Shown piece by piece: positions 23,501 through 36,860 of a stretch of DNA of 64,000 nt. Numbering within the stretch: the first letter of the stretch is position 1; every line of letters starts with the position of its first letter. Made by a program: the position numbers and the translations under genes. The notes under the pieces are model-generated. The model did no database searches. It saw only the letters and a list, made by a program, of their open reading frames with translations, and was not told the origin of the DNA. The DNA is from Eledone cirrhosa. Lineage: Eukaryota. The stretch covers positions 79,980,001 through 80,044,000 of the forward strand of contig OZ024742.1 of the NCBI GenBank assembly GCA_964016885.1, in the 5' to 3' direction.

Positions 23501-25816
23501 ATCCTCAAGATTAATAAGGGTTTCTGATTTGGATACAAGGCAAGCAATATTGGGGAAGGGGAAAGTCGATTAAATCAATCCCAGTGTGTGACAACACCAG
23601 ACGATGTACATTTATTCCTATTATTATTAGACACCATGGCGTCCGATTTCCATATTTTATTTAGTCTTATTTAGAAAATCCTTCCAAAATCTGGTGGGAT
23701 CATCTCCTACATCTATCATATAGCAAGTCCTGATCAAATCCAAATTCTGTGGCCTCTAGAAAGTATTGGCTCATTATTTGGATCTCCTCACTTCGTGATT
23801 GCTTTGCTGTTAAGAAGCACCTTGTGCCTCTAATCCTTCTTGCCAATTGACTGTTAACGCCTTTTAAAAATAAGCCTGAGTGTTTCTGACCATTTTGTCT
23901 TTGTTAAGACGCCCTGATAGGGCAAATAATTTGGCAGTTGCTACCATCATCTTGGACCAGATGTCAAATGGGGCCCTCGTCCATTCCATTTCGATTAATT
24001 CGGCAATTTATTATAAATATGTGTCTTTATTAATATATATATTTTCAATAGTGCAGCTGCTTTTATAGGTGTTAATGCAAATTTGCTGTTGATATTTGTT
24101 TTGCTGTCGCTTGTGTGCATGCTGTTGAAGTTGCCTGTAGTTTTGTCGTTATTGTCTCTGATACCGTCATGTTTATTGTTCACTTCCGTTATATTCATTG
24201 TGTAGCTGTGGTTGTCAGTGTGCTGCTAGTATTGTCAGTGTGGTCTTAGTATTGTTGTGGTATACGGTTATGTTGATCTTGTGTGCTGCTGTTGGAGGCG
24301 GGGGCGTTTTGATGCATTTGCAATGATTGAAACGAACTGTTATATGTTTGACGTAGTATTAGCAGTAGCAGCTTTTGGTTTGTTTTTTGCTGTGGTTGAA
24401 TTTTCAGTTGAACTTTGGTTTCACTACTCAGTCGATAATCGGCTAATCTCTGCGGAAGATGGAAAAAGGTTTTTCTCTGCTATGTTTTTTTTTTTAGGAA
24501 ATTGAAGAGCGTGCTTATAATTCAGACAAAGATTTTTCAATTAAGAGTTGAAGATATAGAAAAGCCGAGACTATGATAACTTTCCATAAAAAATTTGTGC
24601 GAAACACGTAAATATAATAGAAATTCACCAAGCAAATATGCACGAGGAATTCAGTTTAGCGAAAACAATAATATTTTTCTTTACAATTTTTTATTTACAA
24701 CAACAACAAAAACCAACAGCAGCAGCAGCAACAATAACAAAATCGTCAAGGAGAAGAAGAAGAACAATGATAATGGTAAACATTTGTGGCAAGGACATTA
24801 GATTTTAAGAAGATTTTTAGTTGATTACATGACAGTAGTTATTTAATAGTCAATTGAAAGACAATCACCGCTGATGTGGTCTGATCACGGAAAGCTGGAA
24901 AAGGATGGAAGAAAACACAGTTGGGAATAGAGAGGAAAATGTAATCTATCATCAATACATAGAACTGTTGGTGTACAATAAATGTATTTCAGTATTGTTT
25001 CTCAACAGATTTGCACATATTTGTCTGTAAAACTTCCTCAACAAAAGCTTGTAGACAGCAACAAGTCCCAATGTATATATTACCAGAAAAAAGGAACACT
25101 GAGTAATAACAACATATAATGCAGGCTAGATTAACGCTAAGGAGACCATCACACAATTTTTGGTTTTCACTAACCTGTAGGAGCGACTACTGTTAGAATT
25201 TGAAGAAAGATGCAAACGAATGATAAATAAACCCATTTCGATGATGTGAATGAAGAATAACTAGAGCCTTTAGACATACACTACGGTATAATATGTTTGC
25301 TGAATAGTAAGAAATTACCAGCGAGTTCATTATTTAAGTAGCTTCATGAGGAAATAAAATAAAACAAAATATTCATACGCATGTGTTAGAAAGGGAAGGC
25401 TGTTATTATACACATGCTCACACACAAACACACAATGACACACAACCCTCCCCCCATATATATATATATATGTATATACATAGATATGAATAAAGGCTGT
25501 TGTCTCATTTCGTGACGAAACGAGAATATATTTAAATTAATAGAAAAATGAGATGTCATTGTTAGAACAACTCCACTCTTATCAGCTCTTAAATCTGCAA
25601 AATAGTTTCACACGATTTAATACAGAGTACAATTTTAAAATGCTGGATTGTCCAACAAAAAAGTAAATCATTTTGGATTGTCTCTCTGCCGGCCACGGGC
25701 CGCCGGTCTCGGTCCTCCGAGGCATTTTTGCTGAAAATTAAGACAACAATTGGTTGTTTTAACGGCTGTTCAATCGATCGGTTTTCTCATTTTTATATGA
25801 ATTCATATAAAAAAAA

Positions 25817-26695
<879 letters not shown>

Positions 26696-26736
26696 ACGGC
26701 GCATCAATATGAGATATCTTCCCACACAAAGTTCGA

Positions 26737-27700
26737 TCACCCGCAGGAGAGTTCAAGTCCAGTCCATAAGATAACATTGTCAAACCATCGTTTTGGTTGC
26801 CGGGTTCTGCTTCTCTCACCAGCCAACCTCCCTTCCAGGCATAACCTACCCACACCACGAGTTGATCTTTTTATATGCCCGTATAGTTTGAGTAGTCTTG
26901 ACTTAATACTTGATGTAATTATTATAGATGTGGTAATGTTGAGCAGCTCACTGATACAGATACGGTCGCTGAACCGCTTGACAGTCATTAGTCTCATGAT
27001 GTGGTTCTGGAATATAGAGAGCTTCTGAAATGACTTTGTCGTGCAATTAACACAATCAAGGCCATATAACACACCTGGTAGGATGTAAATATCAACGATC
27101 TTATCCTTCAAATGATAGGAAACTCGTTTTGAAGTTAATACTTTACTCATTCATGTAGAAAGCTGCCCAGCCAAGAGCGATGCAATACTGCGTAGAAAAA
27201 ATTCCAATGTTGTTTGATGATAGTTTATGACGAGATATACAAACTCCGTAACTTGAGCAATTTGCATGTTGTAGATTGTGAGTTGGATATTGGCATTGTT
27301 TTTATCATTTGCCATACATTTTGTTCTTGAGATGTTGATGTGTAAGCCAGCGTCCACCGAAGGTTTGACCAGTACGTTCAGAAATGTTTGTAGATCAGGT
27401 CTAGATAACTCATTATGGCCAGATCGTCTGCATATTTAAGATTTGACCTCCTATTTGATAGCCAAGGGAGCATTCTTCTTCAGTTTGGTAGATATGTGCA
27501 ACTATATCTGTAACTATAGAGGAAAGAAGTGCTGATAGTACACCTCCCTGCTTAACTCCTTTCAAGATGTCTATACAGCGTGTACTTCCCAAATCTGTTT
27601 TGATGCATGCTGTAGGGTTGGTGTAAGTTTCTTTCAATAGGTTGAAGTAACTTTTGTTAATTGAGGTCTTATTTAAGTGTTGAGACGAGCTGGATAGTTT
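26737..27700 (-). mobile_element. RTE-type LINE RT/C-terminal fragment
   Basis: KGVKQGGVLSALL, GLHINISRTK, YILPGVLYG, KLYGHIKR motifs. Confidence 0.8.
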
Positions 27701-27701
27701 C

Positions 27702-27787
<86 letters not shown>

Positions 27788-27899
27788 ATGTGTGTGTGTG
27801 TGTGTGTGTGTGTAAAAGGTAAACAGAAATAGCAAAACAATCGGTACAGTATATGGAAGGAATATACTAGGTTAACGCTTGAAATAGCAGGAAGATGGT

Positions 27900-27933
27900 C
27901 TTAACGTTTCGAACGCTAGTCCTTCATCAGAAG
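27900..27933 (-). ncRNA. Minimal hammerhead
   Basis: Reverse complement CTT-CTGATGA-AGGACTAGCGTTC-GAAA-CG-TT-AAG; palindromic AACGTT helix III. Confidence 0.7.
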
Positions 27934-28830
27934 TAAGAATGATAAATAAGACAGATTGAAGGAACGGGTGGGTGGAATTGGAAAAATATGTCATTAGATA
28001 AAAATAACAGGTCCATTCATGTTGACTACACTTGGAAAACTGTTGTTGCGGGCGTTTTGTGTATGATTTATTTTTTAGAAATGTATATTTGCCTTACTGC
28101 AATAAAGTAAGAGCTGCTTACAATTATCGTTTAAATAATTTCAACGAATAGAGTATATATTAATAATGTAATTACCACAATATATATATGATAAACAATC
28201 TTTAAATTGCTCTTTAGAACGAATGCATATCAGCATCAACAGTATACATATATTTAGGTTTATTATAAATATATACCTTCACAGAGACACGCTTAAGCAA
28301 ACACACTCATGCCCACATACACAAATACATATAAACTCATGCAAACATATGCTATATGCATCGAATGAATGGAAATATATATTACAATAAACACATAGGA
28401 ACATGCCGTCTATAGAAGCTCATAGTTATATAGGAATATGTAAGTATCTTTTAACAAAATACATAGACACAAACACATAGCTACACAGCTACACAGCTAC
28501 ACACACACACACATATATATATATCAATAAAAAACACTACTGCATGATTCTTATTTCTGAGGCCGATCAAAACAAACGGTGATGTCATCAGATGGCGTAA
28601 GGATAATAGATTTAGGGCCCAGGAAAAATAAGAGAAACACAAACGATTTTTCATTGAAGTATTCATTTCAGTTCGTGTACCAACCGCACCTTACTACATT
28701 TTTTATGGAAGATACACATGAGCTCAGGTGTTTCTTGCTATAACACCACGGTTTGATGGATCAAAGACCTAGCTGACCTAGTTAAACAATACAATATACA
28801 TACATATGTATGTATATATATATATATATA

Positions 28831-29617
28831 ATTGAAAAAGTGAAGAATAACATGGTCAACAGTAAAACCAAGGAATTTATTTACAGTCTAACAATTCCAT
28901 GATAGAGATGTCTATAAATTGCTAAACACTGAAGGTAGTGGCACTCAATTTAAAATACATACAACCTACTTTATTTCGTCAGAGACTAATAGAAAATACA
29001 AAATTTATGCGTAACGGTAAATTTATAAATTCAAATTAGCACATCAATACTGATATTAATAATAAAGATATAAAGAGAAATAAAGATGCTTAAATCTCTA
29101 TTTTTACGTGCTTTCATTCGTGTATTAACGTATATTCGTCTGTCTGTTTATCTTCCTTCTTCTCTCATTCATCGACAACTTCTTATCTGGTCACACGCCT
29201 TAATTCTTCTGTCTTCCACATGTCTCTACCTGTTTTTCTGTTTCCTACTTCATCTTTCTCTATCTCTTTCTCTTTTTCCTTCTGTATCCTTCTTTTTCTT
29301 CTCTACCTTTACGACAGCTATTCCCCTCCTTTATCTCTGTATATTTATTATCAATATTATTTTTATTTTGATGTGACAGTTTGATTTGGTAATTTTGCCG
29401 GTTGTGCATATAACTGTATTTTCGTTTTCTCTTTCGTCTTTCTTTTCCCCCTCCTTTCCATCTGTCCCCCTTCCTTTATTTCTCTCTATATCTTTATTAT
29501 TAATATCCTTATTGATGTGGTAATTTGAATTTATAAATTTACCATTACGCATATATTTTGTATTTTATATTAGTCTCTGACGAAATGATGATGGTTGCAT
29601 GTATTTTAAATTGAGTG
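28831..29617. mobile_element. Tail-out inverted Naiad pLTR/3'UTR pair with degraded hammerhead
   Basis: 28942-29085 inverted to 29474-29616; AGTCT-CTGACGA core; homologous to 43190-43415. Confidence 0.7.
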
Positions 29618-29660
29618 AAAACAACCTCTTATCGGATTACGTTTAGCTATATATTGTTTT

Positions 29661-29802
<142 letters not shown>

Positions 29803-30333
29803 GTTAAAAGAATAGAGGTGTAACACACAAGTTATTATATATTGGTAAACGGAATAGGAAATGCTGACAAGTTGTTCACAGTTGAAAAATGGTTTAATTA
29901 GGAATAAAAGAGTATTAGTAATTGTATGGGTTAGTATTCAGTTGTGGTTTTAAGTTTTTAAGTTTTTACCGGTTGCGCATTTCTAAATGCTTTTCAAAAA
30001 TAATTTTGAGATAGAGTGTCCGTGCTGTTTGCTCTGTTCTGATTAGTTTTGGGAATTCTACCTGTTTTTATGTTAACAAAGCGGCTCCCAGCGCTACTTT
30101 GGTGTTGCAAAAATTCTTGTGGTCAAAACAATTTTGATTGGTCGGTAGAGGTCATGTGAATGTAAAAAATTGATTTTGCGCCAAGACTGTTTTTATGTTT
30201 AAAAAGTGGCTCCAGCGCTACTAGGTGTTTGCAAAAATTCTTGTGGTCAAAACAATTTTAATTGGTCGGTAGAGGTCATGTGAATAAAAAATTGATTTTG
30301 CGCCAAGTCTGAGAAATGACTCTTTCACAACAA

Positions 30334-30369
<36 letters not shown>

Positions 30370-30435
30370 TAGTAGTAAGGTGTTCGATGTTGTGATAATG
30401 GTTAGCAGGGATGTGTTTCAAATGGTTATTAAGAT

Positions 30436-30514
<79 letters not shown>

Positions 30515-30699
30515 GCAGAGTAATTCGTGGTAGCTGGGATGGTCAGTAGAAATGTGTCTGTAAGCAGTGGGAGGTATTTTAGCATGTCAAAAGATATTTT
30601 TCAGCTTTTGTCTTATACGGAGAAGTGTGTGTATGTGTGTGTATATAAGTCTCTTTGTATGTTAATGTACGCGTGTGTATGTGTGTGTGTGTGTGTGTG

Positions 30700-30738
<39 letters not shown>

Positions 30739-31083
30739 ATGTGTGCGTGTGTGTGTGTGGGTGGACCAGTATTTTTTTCCCCCTGGTAAAATGGTGTACA
30801 TTATTCGATTTTTTCAGTAAAATCGGTTCTCTTAATAGAACATCAAAAATCTTAACAATAAAAGGTGTGAAATGATATTCACTATATATATATATATATA
30901 TATATACGTATATTCACCACATATATATACATACATATACATACATATATATATATACACATATATTTTTTTGTGTTGCACCATAGAGCATGTGTGTTTA
31001 CGTATGTCATTGTGTTTATATGTGGGTAGAGATGTGTGCTGATGTAGGTATGTATGTTGACGTGTGTATGTTGTGGGTTCGTC

Positions 31084-31324
31084 TTAGGGAGAAGTGTTTA
31101 GACGGGGTCCGTATTTGTTAATGAAGTAAGATTCCTTGCTGATGCGCTGGGTGTGGGTGGCATTATCTTTAAATTTGTAGAGGGGAAAGATTCTGAAGTT
31201 GGGATGATTTTGGACGGCACAGGAATCAATGTGTTCACTCAGTGGTTTTTTTCTGTATTCCCGTATTTTAATTTGGGATCTATGGGCAGTCATGCGTTGG
31301 CGGAGGCTGTTTTTGGTCTGGCCT
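31084..31324 (-). pseudogene. Inverted copy of GIY-YIG 3' part
   Basis: GQTKNSLRQRMTAHRSQ...LNTSP nearly identical to 35097-35336. Confidence 0.9.
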
Positions 31325-31486
31325 ACATTCACATGACCTCTACCGACCAATCAAAATTGTTTTGACCACAAGAATTTTTGCAACACCAAAGTAGCGCTGG
31401 AGCCACTTTGTTAACATAAAAACAGGTAGAATCCCCGAAACTAATCAGATCAGACCAAACAACACGGACACTCTATCTCAAAATTA

Positions 31487-31523
31487 TTTTTGAAAAGCAT
31501 TTAGAAATGCGCAACCGGTAAAA
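31487..31523 (+). ncRNA. Hammerhead-like motif, U3-A8 and GCAA variant (copies 36478-36514 +, 29964-30000 -)
   Basis: TTT-TTGAAAA-GCATTT-AG-AAATGC-GCAA-CCGG-TA-AAA identical in all three pLTR copies. Confidence 0.65.
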
Positions 31524-31712
31524 ACTTAAAAACTTAAAACCACAACTGAATACTAACCCATACAGTTACTAATACTCTTTTATTCCTAATTAAACCATTT
31601 TTCAACTGTGAACAATTTGTCAGCATTTTCTATTCCGTTTACCAATATATAATAACTTGTGTGTTACACCTCTATTCTTTTAACTATCATATCCTCACAC
31701 GAGATATAGAAA

Positions 31713-32966
31713 ATGCCGACAAAAACGGATACAACCCTCATCAACACAAATGAAGAGATCCTACAGGAACTCAAGAAAATCAACACCAACGTATCTTTGC
31801 TGGTCGACAAACTTGACTCCACAAATAAGGAAACCGCCACCGGATACAAACCCTCCGAAATCGGCGACAAACTCCCAAACCTTTGCGATACTATCCAAAC
31901 TATGTTCACTACAACCAACCCAGGAAAAACCAACGAAGAACCATGTGAGATTGATTCATACAAAATGAAAATTCGAACAATTCCAAAATGGAACAAATCC
32001 CTCAGAGACAGAAAGTTCTCATTCTGGAAGATGATACAACATCACAACAAAGCAGAGATATATGAAAAATGGCTTAACTCAACCCCTCTAAATCTCCCCC
32101 GTAAACTACAAATAAAGTCCATTCCAAATGAACCCGAACCTCAAAGACACCTTAGGGAAAGAATGGCATTGGAAAAAATGAAGACAGAAATTGAACTTCT
32201 TAAACTGAGGGCCCAGACAAATGAGGAAAAATTCAAAACCATCGATGAAGAGATCCTCCTGGAAATCAACAACAAAACTGAAGGCCCCAAGGTAGAGAAG
32301 ATCTCCAAATTATGGAAAGGAGACTGCAACAGAGAAGAACTGAAATCCCTTCAACGCTGGGAAAAAAGTGCCGCTTGGTTCCTACACTATGAATCGACAT
32401 TTCAAACGGATTACACCTCCAATAACCCGTTTATAAAAATAGTAAAACCCATAACTGAACCGCACAACAACTTCTCAAACCACCAAGCCACTAACAAACG
32501 AAGAAGGAAGCACCACACCGAAGATGAACTTCCCAAATTCGCTACCATAAGAAGGAACAAAATCCAAAGAAATCATCTCCCCCAGAATGACATTTACAAC
32601 TTTCACCCTTCAAGGAGACACCATACCAAATCATTCACCTACTACGCTGATGCCTCATCGTCAAACATAGGGAAAAGATACCACCACCATGATAGATGCA
32701 ACAACTTCCCCGCTTCAAGGGGACAGCAAGGTAATTACCATTTTCTCAACTCTCGCTTCCACAATACACAACAAATCCACACCACACACTACAACCAACA
32801 ACGTAGGGCACTTATAACACCACAATACAACATGGCACATAGAAACACACACCCATACTCGCAGTACAGGAACACCCCATTCAATCTACAACTACCAACC
32901 CGAACCACATTTTACAACAACAAGGAATATAACAAACACAGGAGACCACTTAACATCAGCAGATAA
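31713..32966 (+). CDS. PLE ORF1, coiled-coil N-terminal half and His/Asn/Arg-rich C-terminal half (417 aa)
   Basis: Long open frame directly after the pLTR; heptad-like segments (EEILQELKKINTNVSLLVDKL; ERMALEKMKTEIELLKLRAQ). Confidence 0.7.
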   Translation: MPTKTDTTLINTNEEILQELKKINTNVSLLVDKLDSTNKETATGYKPSEIGDKLPNLCDTIQTMFTTTNPGKTNEEPCEIDSYKMKIRTIPKWNKSLRDRKFSFWKMIQHHNKAEIYEKWLNSTPLNLPRKLQIKSIPNEPEPQRHLRERMALEKMKTEIELLKLRAQTNEEKFKTIDEEILLEINNKTEGPKVEKISKLWKGDCNREELKSLQRWEKSAAWFLHYESTFQTDYTSNNPFIKIVKPITEPHNNFSNHQATNKRRRKHHTEDELPKFATIRRNKIQRNHLPQNDIYNFHPSRRHHTKSFTYYADASSSNIGKRYHHHDRCNNFPASRGQQGNYHFLNSRFHNTQQIHTTHYNQQRRALITPQYNMAHRNTHPYSQYRNTPFNLQLPTRTTFYNNKEYNKHRRPLNISR

Positions 32967-32989
32967 CCCCTCTATCCCAACCATTTTTT

Positions 32990-35336
32990 AGACACAGCAC
33001 ACAGATACAGGCAAACAAAATAACACAAGAAAGGGAGGAGAAACCGATAGTAATAAAAATTATCAATCTTACTAGTGCAGAACCAACACCCAACCTTATC
33101 AACTTACTCTCCAAAGGTCTTAAATTCACACCGACCCCACTACGTCCTAACTACTATGAAATGAAGGAAGACATCACAGACCTCTGTAGAAAGTTACGAC
33201 TTAGTGAACAACTATTCGACCAGTACAATGAGGATGAATCATTAGCCAGAAATAGAAGCAATTACACCCCCTCAAAAGGTAGAAATAAAATCCTGGACGA
33301 ATTCTGTGAACACATCACAAACTTCCCTTACCAACACTTGCACAGACAAAAACACAAGCCAAACCTTAACAAGACAGAATGGGAAGAATTAAATAGATTA
33401 AAAACCGACAGAACCATTACAATTAAAGAGGCTGATAAAGGGAGTACAGTAGTCCTAATGGAGACAGAATTCTATATCAACTTAGCGCTCTCCACTTTGG
33501 AAAACGAAATATACTACGAAAAGGCTGAACACTACAATCAACAAAAAATTATGAGAAACCTAAAAACTCTAATCAACGAATACAAAGAAGGACTCACTAA
33601 CAAGGAATTCAGCTTCATCACAGACTTCTCAAGTAAATCCAGCCTTTTCTACGGTATCCCTAATGTACATAAAAGCGAATTAATAAGTAATGCATGTAAG
33701 GAAGCCACAGACATAGTCATCAATGTCCCCTCACCCAATGATCTCAGATTAAGACCTATAATAGCAGGCCCCGCTTGCGAAACCCACCGCCTTAGCAACT
33801 TCATTGATACCCTTCTCAAACCCTTTCTCAAACACATCAAAAGCTATATAAGGGACGACCTAGATATGCTCAATCACCTCCCTAATATGACACTTTCTGA
33901 ACAAACCCTACTAGTGACGTTCGATGTAGTCAACCTATACTCCAACATCCCCTACAACCTAGGAATAGAAGCTATCCAATTCCGGCTGGATAATTTCTAC
34001 AATGAACTCCCACAACGCATCAAAAATGAATTCGTGATAGAGGGACTCAAATTCATCTTGGAGAACAAATACTTCGTTTTCAATAACCCAACCTGGGAAA
34101 TCTGGGAACGCTATGGGAACGCTATGGGAACACTGGGAACGCTATGGGAACGAAAACAGCCCCCACTTATGCCAACCTAGTCATGGGATACCTGGAAATC
34201 ACCCTCTACACTAAAGTCCTAAACAAATTTGGAAACACCCTCCACTTACACATTGAAAGGAACTGGAAGCGATATCTAGATGACTGCTTCATCCTTTGGC
34301 ACGAAAACATCGAAAAACTTAAAGAGTTTCACACCCTTATAAATGGGCTCAACACGAATACTAACTTCACGATGGAATACAGCAATCAACAACTCCCCTT
34401 CCTCGACATCCTCATTAAGATCCATAACAAAAAAATAGAAACAGACATATACTACAAGCCCACAGACTCCAAGCAATATCTCCTTTTCAACTCTTGCCAC
34501 CCTAGACACGTTAAAATTAATATTCCCTACAACTTAGCCAAGAGAATCTGTACTATAGTCTCCAATAAAAAATACCTGCTACTTACGGCTACAAGAACTA
34601 AAGGACACACTCATAGGCAGGGACTACCCTACATCACTAATTGACAATGGAATCCAACGTGCCCTAAAACTCAGTACCCAGGACCTTAGACACCCTAAAG
34701 TAAATCAACCGAAACTAAAAGCTCTTCCATACATCTCCACACACAACCCCCTCAACAATGAGGCCTTTGACACCATCCTCCAGAACAGCCCAGTGTTGAA
34801 AAAGGACCATAGAATGAACCAAATCATACGAACACACGATATCATAAAGAGCAAAAGACAATCCAAGTCAATGAAAAAAATCCTAACACATGCCAAAGTA
34901 CTGCCAACCACAACAACGAAACCCACAGTAAAAAAAATGCGATAGACCCAACTGTGGCATTTGCATCAACCTAATAGAGGGTTCGGAATTCTATTTCAAA
35001 GAAGGACAACGTTTTACAGTAAAACTCAATTTCACATGTGCATCGGAAAATCTAATATATGTGTTAACTTGCTCAGGTTGTCGAGAACAATACATTGGCC
35101 AGACCCAAAACAGCCTCCGCCAACGCATGACTGTCCATAGATCCCAAATAAAAATACGGGAATACAGGAACATACCACTGAGTGAACGCATTGATACCTG
35201 TGCCGCCCAAAATCATCCCAACTTCAGAATCTTTCCCGTCTACAAATTTAAAGATAATGCCACCCACACCCAGCGCATCAGCAAGGAATCTTACTTCATT
35301 AACAAATACGGACCCTGTCTAAACACTTCTCCCTAA
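32990..35336 (+). pseudogene. Penelope RT + Zn linker + GIY-YIG (three frameshifts)
   Basis: INL..LLSKGLKF, KEADKG, RPIIAG, TFDVVNLYSNI, GTAMGT, RYLDD, PFLDI, CDRPNCGIC, IYVLTCSGCREQYIGQT; breaks near 34100, 34570 and 34935. Confidence 0.93.
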
Positions 35337-35508
35337 GACGAACCCACAACATACACACGTCAACATACATACCTACATCAGCACACATCTCTATCCACAT
35401 ATAAACACAATGACATACGTAAACCCGACATGCTCTATGGTGCAACACAAAAAAATATATGTGTATATATATATATGTATGTATATGTATGTATATATAT
35501 GTGGTGAA

Positions 35509-35568
<60 letters not shown>

Positions 35569-35569
35569 A

Positions 35570-35635
<66 letters not shown>

Positions 35636-35984
35636 ATATCATTTCACACCTTTAATTGTTAAGATTTTTGATGTTCTATTAAGAGAACCGATTTTACTGA
35701 AAAAATCGAATAATGGTCACCATTTTACCAGGGGGAATAAATACTGGTCCAGCCCCCCACACACACACATTCTCACACACACATACACACACATATATAT
35801 ACACACACACACACACACATACACACGCGTATATTAACATACAAAGAGACTTATACACACACACATACACACACTTCTCCGTATAAGACAAAAGCTAAAA
35901 AATATTTTTTGACAAGCTAAAATACCCCCCACTGCTCACAGACACATTTCTACTGACCATCCCTGCTACCACGAATTACTCTGC

Positions 35985-36025
<41 letters not shown>

Positions 36026-36097
36026 ATCTTAATAACCATTTGACACACATCCCTGCTAACCATTATCACAACATCGAACACCTTACTACTACTACTA

Positions 36098-36135
<38 letters not shown>

Positions 36136-36169
36136 GCACACATATTTGTTGTGAAAGAGTCATTTCTCA

Positions 36170-36412
36170 GTCTTGGCGCAAAATCAATTTTTTATTCACA
36201 TGACCTCTACCGACCAATCAAAATGGTTTTGACCACAAGAATTTTTGCAAACACCAAGTAGCACTGGAGCCACTTTTTTAACATAAAAACAGTCTTGGCG
36301 CAAAATCAATTTTTTACATTCACATGACCTCTACCGACCAATTAAAATTGTTTTGACCACAAGAATTTTTGCAACACCAAAGTAGCGCTGGAGCCACTTT
36401 GTTAACATAAAA
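36170..36412 (+). promoter_or_regulatory. 122-bp duplicated module in pLTR with E2F-like, E-box and CCAAT motifs
   Basis: GGCGCAAAA at 36175/36297, TCACATGAC at 36196/36320, CCAAT at 36214/36338. Confidence 0.45.
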
Positions 36413-36635
36413 ACAGGTAGAATTCCCGAAACTAATCAGATCAGAGCAAACAACACGGACACTCTATCTCAAAATTATTTTTGAAAAGCATTTAGAAATG
36501 CGCAACCGGTAAAAACTTAAAAACTTAAAACCACAACTGAATACTAACCCATACAATTACTAATACTCTTTTATCCCTAATTAAACCATTTTTCAACTGT
36601 GAACAATTTGTCAGCATTTTCTATTCCGTTTACCA

Positions 36636-36726
<91 letters not shown>

Positions 36727-36860
36727 GATATATCTACCAAAATATACGGCAGTGTCCAATCCGTATGAAGAACTCAATGTAATCCAAGTATCATGAAAAG
36801 AGAAGATGTATTCAAAATGTTTTCGATGAAAAACACAGGAAAACAGAGTCAGGATAAATT

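Larger units (their letters stand above)
29803..36638 (+). mobile_element. Near-complete Neptune-type Penelope element with inverted 5'-truncated copy
   Basis: Inverted EN-3'/3'UTR/pLTR (29803-31324), 5' pLTR (31327-31686), ORF1, RT, Zn linker, GIY-YIG, 3' pLTR (~36170-36638); (TA)n flanks. Confidence 0.92.
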
